Source: Oopsacas minuta (Eukaryota; Animalia; Porifera). Taken from it: a DNA stretch of 64,000 bases. The stretch is taken from the NCBI GenBank assembly GCA_024704765.1, contig JAKMXF010000343.1, forward strand, positions 973,095 through 1,037,094, in the 5' to 3' direction. This document shows, in pieces, positions 13,400 to 25,001 of the stretch. The number at the start of each line of letters is the position of its first letter. Positions within the stretch are counted from its first letter, which is position 1. The translations under genes were made by a program, and so were the position numbers. The notes under the pieces are model-generated. The model had not been told where the DNA came from, did no database searches, and saw only the letters and a list, made by a program, of their open reading frames with translations.

Positions 13400-14880
13400 A
13401 GGATACCTTTGTAAGCTGATGGTACCAATGAAGCACAATGGAAAAACATGGTTTTTTGTAAGAAAAGAATATCTTGGTCATAATGCCAATACTTGTATTG
13501 CCATTTCCTTCAGGTTGATCGCATAATAAGTTTGTTACTTCATTAATATGGTTGCAAATTAATGATCTATAGTCTCAAACTAATTGATCTTCTGACTACT
13601 TAGATTTACCAGCAGCAATCCTGTATATAACATTCAAGAACCGATATAAGATTCTAAGATGAGAATACAATGGAGCAGCTGGGAGCACATCAAAGATGCT
13701 TGCAGGTTCGTGGGCAATTCCACTTCTCTGAACAGATTTATGACTTAAAACTTCTTTTCCCTCTGAAGTTAATTGACGAATTGTTTCTTTAATTTCGGCG
13801 ATTAAGCAATCCAATGGAAAACCGCATACTACTTTTGCTGATTGTTAACATCGCTACCGTCTGATTTGCAAGCAATACATGGCGTACCACCCTTTCCTGA
13901 AATCTCTGACAATAATTTCCATCGAACGTTGAGGCTATAATCGACATATTGACTTGACCATTTGTGGAATCAAAACCATTTTGGTGAAGTGAACCGATTT
14001 CAGGGTTGATTAAGTTTCACAAGTCTGTTACTAAGTCAATATTCTCTTTTGGACCAATTAATGCAACTCGTTGATTGGAAAAGGCTGAATTTCGGAATTC
14101 GATTTCACAGAGAACCGTTCCAAATCGATCCGAAAACTTAAGCGGAAACACCATGAAAATTATGTGATGTGAATGGTCAATATTCAGGTTAGAAAGGAGG
14201 TTAGTGGAAGAATGGTTTCCGGAACCATCTAGCACATGCTTTATTTGGAAATGTAAAGGATAAAAGTGTGGTACTGGTATGTAGAGTTGGCACATTTCCA
14301 TTATTCGATGAAAGAGATATATATGATATATAAACTCCTATAGGGTTTGAAATTATTTGGATACCAATGAAATGTTGGTACAATAGAATTTCTGAACTAG
14401 CGAATTTGTTCCCAAGTAGACAGATTTAAACCATCAGATTTAAGATAATGCCTGTCCATTTGTTTCTTCCTTGTTTATGATGATAAGCTATGAAAGTAGA
14501 CTTTCGGGGAAACTTCCTTATTACATTTTCTAATACTTCTCCAGAATAGATTTGTCAAGCAGTGTTTGCGATATTTTTCAACCCGATTTTTTCGATTACT
14601 ACAATATACGAGTGCAATTCAATATACCGAATAACTGAAGTATTTTCAAGTGATGCTAAATGGCGGATAGAACTCAATAACCCAATCTGATCCAACCTGA
14701 TTTTCTTCGATTTGATTTGAAGCTCATCTAGCAGCTTTCTCCTCTCAATATCTGGTTCGATTTTTAATTCGAAATCAATACAAGAATGAGTTTGCTTACT
14801 GGTAACCTGAGGCTCCATCATACGCCATAGAATATTACCACCCCACCACTCGCCGTCTAGTTTATCTACTGACCTCATAC
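13400..14880 (-). pseudogene. Degenerate Transib/RAG1-like transposase relic
   Basis: Fragments align in order to the intact 57.9-60.0 kb protein: RRKLLDELQIKSKKIRL, LDGSGNH, NSAFSNQRVALIGPKEN, FDG(K)IMSEISGKGGTPCIAC (needs one frameshift), QRSGIAHEPAS...PLYSHLRILYRFLNVIYRIAAG, GNGNTSIGIMTKIFF. Confidence 0.8.
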
Positions 14881-16389
14881 TTTTCTTGACGCTCTTAGAA
14901 ATTGTGTATAGTATACAGAAGGTTTCAATTCTTCCCCAAGATTGAGGACTGTTATTATTTCTTGGACTGTTTGCGTGATATCAAAGTCATTTTTTTCCAA
15001 TATGAAGGCAAGGTCAAGACGGTTTTAAAGAAAAATAATTGATCAACCATTACAATATGAAAAGATTACATGTGTAATATATTATCTATTCAGACATGTA
15101 AATATTATGTTATTATATAATGAGACTTTAACCATATATAATGATGTAGTGACTTCTTACCCATAGCAACGCCAAATGCGTGAATAGAATATAATTGGAT
15201 TTTTTGTAGTTGCGCTCAATGAAGCAGCATTTGAAATTTCATAATGATGTTTACAAAGGTTGCAAAGACTACACATGATTATTTTAGGGTAGTAATCAGT
15301 GGTCATTGATTTTACGGTTACGTTAAAGGACATAATTTTTTTGTAAAAAGATATTTTTGTCACCTTTATCTGTACCAAATTATAAATCTGATATTCATAA
15401 TAACCGAAAAAATGAGTGGTGCATATAATTTATATGTTCCTTTTTGCTCCGAATTCTTAAATTATCAAGAATAATTATTATATTTTGTAAATATTTGAAA
15501 TAATGTTGTTTTATCACGCTATTTTCAGAATAATTTCCTACTACAATTAATACCTACATTACATGTGACATAACTAGAGAATTATTTAACGCAATGAAAT
15601 GAAACTTGATAATTTGTTTATTCAATAAATGTACATAATATTTTACCAGTCATATAAACTAATCAATTGTAAGAAATTTTCCTAATACACCCTAGTAACC
15701 AACTGTCTGTATATTAACTGGCCTTGTCACATATCCTTGGTCCATATTTCTGAACCAGTGCCATTGCCTAATATTCCATAGGTCATGGGGCAACCATTTC
15801 AATGCTGGCCACTCCATAGTGGTCTGCACAGTAATAATAAAATGAGTAGTGATTCCAATACTGGACCACTACATACTATTCGGCGTAGTAAGAATCCATT
15901 TTTTGCCATGAAATACGTATATACTGAACTAAGCAGTGGATCCAACCAAATGTATTTATTCGAAAATTTCTAGAAAGTATTATAAGTCGGAAAGCAGTGG
16001 TGGGGAATTCTTTGTCCGAGGTTGTGGGTTACTACAAACTATCTCAAAGGAAATTGCATGGGCGTGACTAGTATTGAGGCAGAGGAGGCAATTCCCTGCC
16101 CTCGTTTCAGGGCATCTCCATATCTTTCAATTATAATCGCCAACTAATCGAGGGACATATTCATCCCTTCCGCCTCTCTCTAGGATCTCTAGTTATGCCC
16201 CAGAATAGAAAACAGAATCATGTCTGTGAGGAACTACTTGCTATTATATAGATTTCGCTACAAAATGAAGAAAATTCATAATACCAACGTGAAAAAGAAT
16301 TCGAGTGTACACCCAGATTTGACTACGCCATAATAAAAAAGGGGGTGTGGGCATGATTCATTTTTACACACCTTGACCATGAGCCAGGT

Positions 16390-18340
16390 TGCGGCAATGA
16401 ATGCGTAAACCACCGGATTCATTTTAAATATCTTTGTTTTGGACAACTACAATTTCATCATTAGATAGTGATATTGTGAAAACAAGTATCTAAGAATAAA
16501 TAACTGATAACACAACAAGTAAATTTGGATAATGTCCATAGCTATCAACGCAGTTTCTAGAGGTAAAAGCTTCAGTAACACGCTATTGATACTTTCTAAT
16601 TTGAATGCTGTCATTGCGCGCTTTGCGAGTTTTGATTCAAGATTCAAATGGTGGGAATCAATGCTATAAGCCTGGCAAATTGATCGATTTCTGCTGCTTC
16701 TAGATAGTTTCCTGAAATTGGGTTGAAGGCTTGAATTGCTTTCATAAGGACTCTACTATTGGAATTAAATGGATGGTTTAATTCTACTAACTGTCTATCA
16801 ATGATTGGTAGATATATACTGTTCCTGAATTGTTCTTCCGTAGAAAGGATGGATCGAATACCTACGGAAGATGAAATTTCACAATTTTCCAAAGATCCAG
16901 GTAGTTTTCTTTGTCTAGGTTGCGAAGGAAATAGAAGTCAATGGCATTTAAGTTTGCAACATCCTGAGCATAAGAAATAATTCTTTCCCACTCTTCAATA
17001 GAGCCTAATTCTTCTAAAATCAAAGTTGTGGTGGAGACTAATATGTAGCTGTGGAGAAATCTATATGATTACTATGAAGACATTCAGACAATATATTCGT
17101 ATTGGAAAAAAATCTTATCCAATAATATAAGTGATCAAAATTTAAAGGTTTTTATTTGTAATAGAAGTCCATTAGCTTCAATTACTTTTGAACGATCATT
17201 TCCATGCCAAATTACTTCAAAAATAGCTATTAGTACATCAAAAGTATAACATATTAAGTTCAATTAACAGTAGCGACAGATAACTTTGCCAAATTGCGAG
17301 TTGTTTGCCCGGATGAAATAATTTCTGTTTATTTAGATAAATTGGGTGTGCATTAGATGTTGAAACGAATATGTACAGAGCTTCTATTAAACTGAAAAAA
17401 TCCCTAGCATGTTGTACACTCTTAATGCAATCAACTAAGGCTACAATCAGTGAATGTGCGTAGCAGTGAACATATATTGCCTTTGGTGCAAACGCTTTGA
17501 TGCGTGCTTGGACCTCTCTGCACCTCTCGCTCATGACAAAAGCACCGTAGTAGGCTTGAGAAGCCATATTTAACTGATTCAATGCGTTTTATTTCAACGT
17601 GGTTAAGATATGATGAGGTAAACTTTCTGCATCAAGCGATGAAATTTCAACTTAGGTTAAGAATCTTTCAATTATGATAGAATTAGCATTAACACATCTA
17701 ACACAGATAGAGAGCTGTTCTTTTTTGCTGGCATATTTTGATTCATCAGCTATTAAAGAGTATAACTCAGCAATACGGATGTCAGTACATATAATATCTC
17801 GAACCATATTGCCCATAACATTCAGGATTTCATTTTTTATTTTGCCTGTAAATATTTGACATTTTTCTGGCCCATTTTCATTCTCTTTTTTACTAGAGTA
17901 TCATGATTAGCAACAACACCGAGGATTTCAAGAAAATTTCCTTTGTTATTAGACTCAAATGATTCATCATGACCCCGAAGGGAAATCTCGGTTCGACTAC
18001 ATAATAAGAAAACTTCAGCAACAGTTTTCAAATAATGTGTTATCAAGGTTGACTCGTTCTCTTCTACTAGTTTCTAGACGATGATAAACTGGTGTTCCAA
18101 ACTGTCCATTTAATTTCCAATCTGTCCAGGATTGCATAGCATCAATGTGAGATTTAGCAGCAGCGTGACAAGAAAATAATTCCATCCTTTCCTACTGAAT
18201 GTTTCCAATCATTAAAACCAAGTTTTGTAAAAAGAATGTTTAGAATATTTTCTGCCCCTTGGAAAATGACGGCAAGGAAAACAATATACCGAATCTTTCG
18301 TAATAGAGTACTCTAGCCATTCATAAATGAGCAACCAGCC
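16390..18340 (-). pseudogene. hAT transposase relic, ZMYM1-like (TTF zinc finger, DUF4371 region, hAT C-terminus)
   Basis: WLEYSITKDSVYCFPCRHF near 18.25-18.33 kb, LRGHDES..NKGNFLEIL, AIYVHCYAHSL, IYLPIIDRQLVELN. Multiple stops and frameshifts. Confidence 0.8.
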
Positions 18341-19094
18341 AGGATTAAATATACTTTTTTTCCTCCAATAGAAGTCGATGGGAATATAGTTAGGAACCTA
18401 TCGGGCTGAGTAGGTTTTTCCTTCGGTCCTTTAGAAATATTCCTAGGAATACGGATATCACTAACGCTGGATATGGGAGTAACAGCATTTCCATCCCGAG
18501 GAAGTGTGATATGTACAAGATAATCGGAAGAGTGTACAGCAATATTCTCATTTGTGTCTCCTAAAACAGCGAAATTAGCAACTTCAATTCCAGCTGTTTC
18601 CTAGAAACTAGTCGGAGAATAAGACTGAGTTGCATCAGTAAGATTAAATAACGAAGAAATTGTAACGTGAGAATAATTATTAGTCACAAGACATTGCCGT
18701 TTCGGTTGAAAATCAAAGAGAGTTAATTTGAACCCAGATTTGGGATTAGAGATTGTACTAAATTGTGAAAGAGATGTTAAAAAGAAAACAGGAGCATTAA
18801 ATAATTAAAGAAAATACTTATCGTGCTGTAATCACCATTGCGATGATAAATATCAATAGCAATTGTTAGAAAGCCAATTACCCCGAGAAGCTAGAACACT
18901 CTGAATTGCATTCTAAGTACGTGTATTCAAAATTACAACTTTAAAGATTATTATACAATATGGGTTGATAAAAATTAAACTAACTCATTGCGTATAATGA
19001 CGCTAAATATTAACATAAGGTGACGCGGTCTGCTTTTTGTTATCAATATCGAGTTAAGAATAATCTAGTATAAAAATTACGCCTATATCACATC

Positions 19095-19197
19095 TTAGCA
19101 ACTCAGGGACAATTTTCATTTACCGGGGCCTGTACCTGGGCTCAATCCTCATTTCCCCAGGACAGGCCCGGGTAGCCCGTGTGTAAGTCCACCACTG
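19095..19197 (-). repeat. hAT-like terminus with GGGCC/GGCCC subterminal repeats, possibly the 5' end of the ZMYM1-like element
   Basis: Reverse strand reads CAGTGGTGGACTTACAC.... No matching TSD was found with the candidate left end at 16057. Confidence 0.35.
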
Positions 19198-20130
19198 ATT
19201 TGCTCGTTAAGAGATGTAGTAGGATGTTAAATTCCATAAACATAAGTTATAACAGTAGAACAGTCTTTCTCAAACTATATCTTTAAAGAAAAAAGAATAG
19301 TAGAAAAAGACGATGGAAAATGACAGTAAATCCCACATTCTTTACAAACCTAGTATTAAAATAAAGAGAGAACAGATACAAAAGGGTTTCGACTGTATGA
19401 AAATGAGGACGTTGACGGACAGATGGTCTTTAGTTTCAACTGTTAGACTAAATTCATACAATATACATTTGGAATTTTGATTTCTATCGTGAACTACACA
19501 ATAAAAAGACTGGAAACTAAATTAGTTTCGGACCAGGGATAAATAAGAGTATTGTAGTTGGGTCGAAGTCAATAACTTATGATATTAGAAAATATACTTA
19601 AGCTATCATCAGGTTTCACAAATATGATGCGATGAAACACGCATTCGACATAAAAAACAATTTTCAATTCGAAAAGACATCAGGTTCGCCTAATAGGCTG
19701 ATATGTTGGAAAATTCTACACTATAAAACACAAATAGCCAACTTTATCATGACAAGTTTTGATATTTTGTACAAATGAATATTAGGAATATTTCATAATT
19801 GAACTTTGAAATCAAAGACCAATATTTTTCGTTATATTGGTAGACTTTAAGGTAATAACTAGCAAGACTCTATCAACCATTTAGTGATGGGTAATGAAAA
19901 AGAGAATCACAATAATATAAAAACTGTATAGTATACCTATTATTAAGAATATGCTAGGACATAATGGCTAAGACTCGATGTCATCACATAAACTCAGTAA
20001 TGTGTATTAAACTATATTATAACTAAATGAACTAGTAGTAATGCTATAAGAATAGGTAAATATCTAGAAATACATTAGAGGCAATGTTGCTCGAATTACA
20101 AAAGCTAAAGAAGGAACATTTAGGGAGAAT

Positions 20131-22788
20131 TCAAGTTAAATATATTTTGTGCCAATCGTTATTTCCAAAATTTGCATTGCATTTAGGGCATTTTCTTTGT
20201 CTAGTTTCATAACGTGTTTTAATACACTCACCACAAAAAACATGAAAGCATTTAGTGAGGATGTGATCCTTCTTACGTTGACTACAACATGGACATGTCA
20301 GCTCCGCCTTATATGTCTTGACTTCCTCCATCAATATTTCATCTGTAACTGCGTGGTATTGTTGGTGTTTCTTCTGTTTATCAACTTTCTTACTTTGAAT
20401 TGTAAGTTCCTCTTTCATGCGTCTACACCTTTGAAATTCATCATCATATTCGACTGTCTTAGAGAGAAGAATCTTTTCAACTTCTTTCATCTGGCGAAGT
20501 GCCTCGTCAAGTTTGAATTTAGTATCTTGAAGGTACTGGGTACTTTCTAGAGATTTCTTTTTATAATTATCGACGAGTTGATCTTTTAATTCTAATTCTT
20601 TTTCCAACCCGTTTACTGCAAGCTCAAACTTCCTATCTCTGTCGATTAGTTGCTGGTTTAAATCGCGAGATGATTGTAATTCTCTTTCTAGAGACTTGGC
20701 TTCTTTTTGAATCATTTCTCTCTCTTCAAATATTCGTTTTTGAACTTGATTAGCTTTTATCCTTTCGGACATCAGCTTGAAATTAGCGTCATCCTTTTCT
20801 TTGATTTGTTTAAGTAATTTGGAAACCCTCTCTTGCTCATCTTCGTATGCCTGTCCAGTTACTTCCATTTCTTTCATAAATAACTCTTGTTCTTGTTTCC
20901 TACCCTGTAATTGTTGTCGAAGGTAAGAAATTTCTTCTTTTAGAGTATGTGTTCTAATATGCAATCGCTGATCATAATCTTCCCTCTTTTTAGATAGTTC
21001 CTTATTTTTGTCATCTATTTGATGCTTCAATTCAAATATTTCACTGGCAGGTCCGAATTTCCGTATATCCTTTACTTCTCCCTCTTCTTCTTCCAAATCT
21101 CTTAGTTTATTCCCAAGTTCTCGGACTGAGTCTTTCAATTCACTAATTTCCTTTACATTACACGAGCTAAGGAAATCAAATTCTTCCCTTTCATTGGTTT
21201 TTTCTTCCTGGAGGCGATCTGCTAGGTTTTGTGACTCAGCGGATTGTTTTCGGTACCTATTCAAATCTTGTTTTACTTGGTGCAAGTTATTTCTTAATGA
21301 AGTGATAGTGGCATCCAACTCTCTGTTCGAGACAAGAGCTTGTTCACAACTGGAAGTCCTACCCTCATAATCTAATCTGAGGGAATCGCAATCACGACGA
21401 GAGAGAGCAATTTCTTGCTCTAACCTTGAGATACCATCTAAAGCTTCCATTTTGATTCGAGCCTGTTTAGTTAATAATTCATTCAACAGTGTGCTGTTTT
21501 GCTGTTTACAAGTAAGAAGCACTTTTCTATGCTCTTCACATTGATTCTTTAAGTGAATATTTGCAGAACAAACTAAAGTGTATTGTGTTTGCAGAGATTT
21601 AAAAGTTGGGGATTGTTTAATTTCCCAATCCTGTAATTTTTTTCCCTCGAGTTTCTTCCGCTCTAATTCTGCTTTGGTCTCTGTAAGCATTTTTACTAAC
21701 TCGTCCGTTTCGCGCAACCGAGAATCAGCTAGATAGCGAAAATCTTCCTGATCCTCTTTTTTTGCGGAAGTTTCATCTGTAGTAGTAGAGTGGGAGGTTG
21801 GAGTAGACGTTGAGTCTTTTCGCAGTGAAATACTATAGTCCAAGTCAATATCCCGTTCTTGGGTATGTTTAGAAAGTAATATTCCAAGGCGGTGTTCAAG
21901 TTTGCAAATCTTACTTATTGCCCGGTCTAACTCGAACCTATAATTTTCAGAAAATTCTCTGGTTTCTAAGAGCTGGTCGGTTAGATTATTGTGTTGATGC
22001 TCAAGATTCAAACTCTTTTCCTCCGCATAACTAGCATCATTGTACAATGACTGGATTTGAGTTAGAAGTCGATTGTTTTCCTGTTGAAGTTTAATAAGTT
22101 CTTCCCCCAAAATAGAATCAAAATTCATCAATCGGGAACTCTCACTCAATTGACGAAATATAGCTTGAGAGTGTTCTCTTTGTCGGTTAAAAGTTGAAAC
22201 GAGTTTCTCAACAAGTTCACGGGAAATTCGTGATATGTGACATAAACCCTCTTCTATATTTTCATAAGAATGACCAACGTTGGAGCGAAAATAATTGGAT
22301 TCTTGATTGGAAATAGAGAAGATATTTGCGGTAATGTATGATTCATTATCATACTCAGAAGTTATATCCTCTTGAGAAGTAGAGTTTACAAGTGGTAGAG
22401 GATTTGACACTGTAAATTTATAAAGAATGGAATTTAAATCGCTATTTAGTGTTTGCCATACTGATTTGATGTAATTATAGTTATGATCATACTTCTCCCT
22501 ATTATCAATTATCCGAAGACGATCTCGCTGAAATTCTTCCTCGCGGTAGGAATATTCTCGAATCCGTTGCATTAACATTTGATTTTGTACTAAGAGTGTT
22601 TTCTTGTCCAAATCTGCCTCAGATGTAACATTACTGATACCAAATGTTGTAGATAAATGCAATTTTTTAATCGGAGGAATACATCCTGTACTACTCGTAG
22701 GTGTATGTGAATCCTGAGGACTTGTGAGAGAACGAGAATCAACAGGATGACAACGCTTTATCCCAGCCAAGAGGTCATTTGATGCCAT
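20131..22788 (-). CDS. BRE1: E3 ubiquitin ligase BRE1 (RNF20/RNF40 orthologue; H2B monoubiquitination), 885 aa, single ORF
   Basis: Long coiled coil and a C-terminal C3HC4 RING: LTCPCCSQRKKDHILTKCFHVFCGECIKTRYETRQRKCPKCNANFG, diagnostic of animal Bre1. The first ATG is at 22788 (MASNDLL); the track start at 22851 is a GTG. Confidence 0.95.
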   Translation of the reverse strand: MASNDLLAGIKRCHPVDSRSLTSPQDSHTPTSSTGCIPPIKKLHLSTTFGISNVTSEADLDKKTLLVQNQMLMQRIREYSYREEEFQRDRLRIIDNREKYDHNYNYIKSVWQTLNSDLNSILYKFTVSNPLPLVNSTSQEDITSEYDNESYITANIFSISNQESNYFRSNVGHSYENIEEGLCHISRISRELVEKLVSTFNRQREHSQAIFRQLSESSRLMNFDSILGEELIKLQQENNRLLTQIQSLYNDASYAEEKSLNLEHQHNNLTDQLLETREFSENYRFELDRAISKICKLEHRLGILLSKHTQERDIDLDYSISLRKDSTSTPTSHSTTTDETSAKKEDQEDFRYLADSRLRETDELVKMLTETKAELERKKLEGKKLQDWEIKQSPTFKSLQTQYTLVCSANIHLKNQCEEHRKVLLTCKQQNSTLLNELLTKQARIKMEALDGISRLEQEIALSRRDCDSLRLDYEGRTSSCEQALVSNRELDATITSLRNNLHQVKQDLNRYRKQSAESQNLADRLQEEKTNEREEFDFLSSCNVKEISELKDSVRELGNKLRDLEEEEGEVKDIRKFGPASEIFELKHQIDDKNKELSKKREDYDQRLHIRTHTLKEEISYLRQQLQGRKQEQELFMKEMEVTGQAYEDEQERVSKLLKQIKEKDDANFKLMSERIKANQVQKRIFEEREMIQKEAKSLERELQSSRDLNQQLIDRDRKFELAVNGLEKELELKDQLVDNYKKKSLESTQYLQDTKFKLDEALRQMKEVEKILLSKTVEYDDEFQRCRRMKEELTIQSKKVDKQKKHQQYHAVTDEILMEEVKTYKAELTCPCCSQRKKDHILTKCFHVFCGECIKTRYETRQRKCPKCNANFGNNDWHKIYLT

Positions 22789-23559
22789 TATAATTGTAAG
22801 GTGTAAAAACAACTGAAAGAAAATAGAGAAGGATATGGTAAATAAATACACGAATTATAATACAGAGAGGCAAAATAGCCATTTATGGTACACATGTATA
22901 GTAGAACCTCCCGAGATCTCGACCTCCAAGATCCGATCACTTCTTTAATCCGGGTACCATTTTCTAAGAATTTAACCATTACAATTTTCCATATAATAGA
23001 GCTATAGATATACCCCAACGAATAACTCTTCATATGCTGATCATCACACCGTTTTACTGTTTATTGCAAAATATAGACAAGAATAATAGTTTCTATGATA
23101 AATATGACCCTAACATAACATAGAGTAGAGATTTTGCATAATTTACTATGATAAATCAAAAATATAAAATTGGGTAACACAAGTTATTGCTAGAAATGCT
23201 GGTCACATGGGGTGTATGGCTATACTTCATGTTTAACATTTCACAATAACCACAACCTTTAAAACATCCGGTTTCGAAAAATCTTATGTATCTCGATATT
23301 ATATATTATATACAGATTGGATCCACCCTAAAGCATAGCTACTAAATTTAAGGCCCAACAGTAAAAGTACCAGGGACGTAGTATTAGCTGAAAGCATTTA
23401 TAGACATGGTTTCTTCATTGCAAAAATGTGTCTAGTAAGCATTGATTTGGTAAATTATATCATTCATTGATGTCTTGTAGAACGACAAGTATTACATTTA
23501 TCAACTCAAAGTGAATAACTGAAATGATCTATAGATACTTTTATACAAAATGTCAAAGA

Positions 23560-24390
23560 TTTTTATTCAAAATTTGCTCATTGTTGAGTTACGGTGGAGA
23601 CCATGGATGACAATTTTTAATGATATTCAATTATAACTCAAGAATAGTTAATGTTACGGTAAAATAATATTAACCAATTTATACCATATACCCAACTTCC
23701 CATACCCTTGTAAATACCAACTACCAAATGTATATGTAATTATCGCAAGGTTAAACGAACCTGTAGTTATCAAATGACATCATTTGATAATGAGCAAAGT
23801 AACATGATTACGGCCGGAAAATGTGTGCATGTATGACGTCTAAAACGTGAAAACATCTCGAAAAATTACTGGATGAACGAAGTGGTAAATCATACAGGAG
23901 TGTTGATATGGTTATCTCGAATGTTTAAAAAATCATGGTGCTAAAATGTTTCCAATCTGATTTTCACATTCGGAAAAATGCTACAAATGATTGAAAATTC
24001 GAGCTTTTGTGAATTGAGGAGCTAAATTTTCCTGAAAAGTGACAAATTTAATGATGAGTAAGTAATTTAATTAATTAACCATTCAAATTTCAAAAAGTGG
24101 GAAAATAATGGTGGAACTCCGGTATTTATCAAACTATTATAAAATTGATTCTGTAAATCAGTAAGCTTTCAATGACAAATATCAACATAAATTAAGATAA
24201 AATTTTAACATAATGAAAATAAGTTTTGACAAACTCTCAGCAAAATTATGAAAAACGTTCCAATTAGAGGGGTTTAGGGAAAAATCGGCCTATGGTTGAT
24301 ATCATATTCAATCCCTTTGGAAAATATAGCAGAAAGTCAGAGACTTAGTCTCTGCTTTCTCTTTTAAACCCTCAATTAAATGTGGCCAAT
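23560..24390 (-). repeat. Copy 2 of the unclassified hairpin-bearing repeat (inverted relative to 6960-7800)
   Basis: Hairpin CAGAGAC-TTA-GTCTCTG at 24338-24354. The reverse complement of its flank matches 7009-7070 (CTAT.TTTTCC.AAG...AGGCCGATT.TTCC). 23570-23715 resembles 7935-8080. Confidence 0.55.
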
Positions 24391-24842
24391 CGAATAACGT
24401 CGGTTAGAGTTACGTAAAATAGATAAATTCCACAGAGTATCACATGGGAGGATTTAAGTGACCATTACCCAGAGATACTCCACGGGAGCGAGTTACTCTT
24501 GGGAACAATCAAGAGATTGTGTAAAATTAGCCGCAGCACGGCCATGGCAGCACTTAAGGTAGCCCATACAATTGAAGGATTTTAAGTGAGTTCAGCTTTC
24601 GCTAAGTAGGCGGTTAATAGACAGGCGCAGCGGAAACTATGAATATAAGGAGTGGCAATACTTTTCTGGATCAGGGATAAGTAAGAAGTGTATTCGAGTG
24701 CTTGGAATAAGCAGAAACTCGTATTATTAGGAAATTTATATTATGGCTAACATCAAATTTCACAAATATGACTTAAAGAATCAAACACTCCCTATCTAGA
24801 AATATTTCCAGGTCGAAAAGGCGTCATGTGTTCGTCTAATAG

Positions 24843-24999
24843 CATGGGCGAAGAGCCGTGGGGCCTGGGGCCCAAAATTTCCAGCAGGTCCTCCAAAAAT
24901 TATAGAATTCATTGATCATACTAAGGGAGAGTGGGAACCTGGATAGATTTTGGCGACTAAGCCCCCCTCCTAAAAAGTCCTGTTGCTGATACGCCTATG
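24843..24999. mobile_element. hAT-type MITE
   Basis: Ends CATGGGCG... / ...CGCCTATG. 8-bp flanks TCTAATAG (24835-42) and CATAATAG (27916-23), the latter displaced by the next insertion. Confidence 0.6.
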
Positions 25000-25001
25000 C
25001 A

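Larger units (their letters stand above)
9543..13400 (-). mobile_element. maT/DD37D element C (outer, degenerate, 5' TIR lost), host of elements A and B
   Basis: 3' TIR TA|CAGGGTGGCTCCAAAGTTCTGATACAA at 9543 is the same subfamily as 47525-48832. Transposase fragments at 12314-13333 (FSDEKIF, FQQDSAP, WPSYSPDLNPMDY). Homology to the 47.5-kb copy's 5' UTR stops near 13400. Confidence 0.75.

Noticed and set aside
16057-19197. Pairing 16057 (CATGGGCGTGACTAG) and 19197 ends as one complete hAT
   Set aside because: TIR match is only partial and the 8-bp flanks (GGAAATTG vs ATTTGCTC) do not match.
20149-20550. Antisense ORFs over BRE1 and over transposases (e.g. 6122-6382, 29363-29554, 58191-58613)
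   Set aside because: Shadow frames of real coding sequence with no independent signal.
22789-22851. N-terminal hydrophobic extension of BRE1 in the ORF track
   Set aside because: It starts at a GTG and reads like a polypyrimidine tract; the first ATG is 22788.
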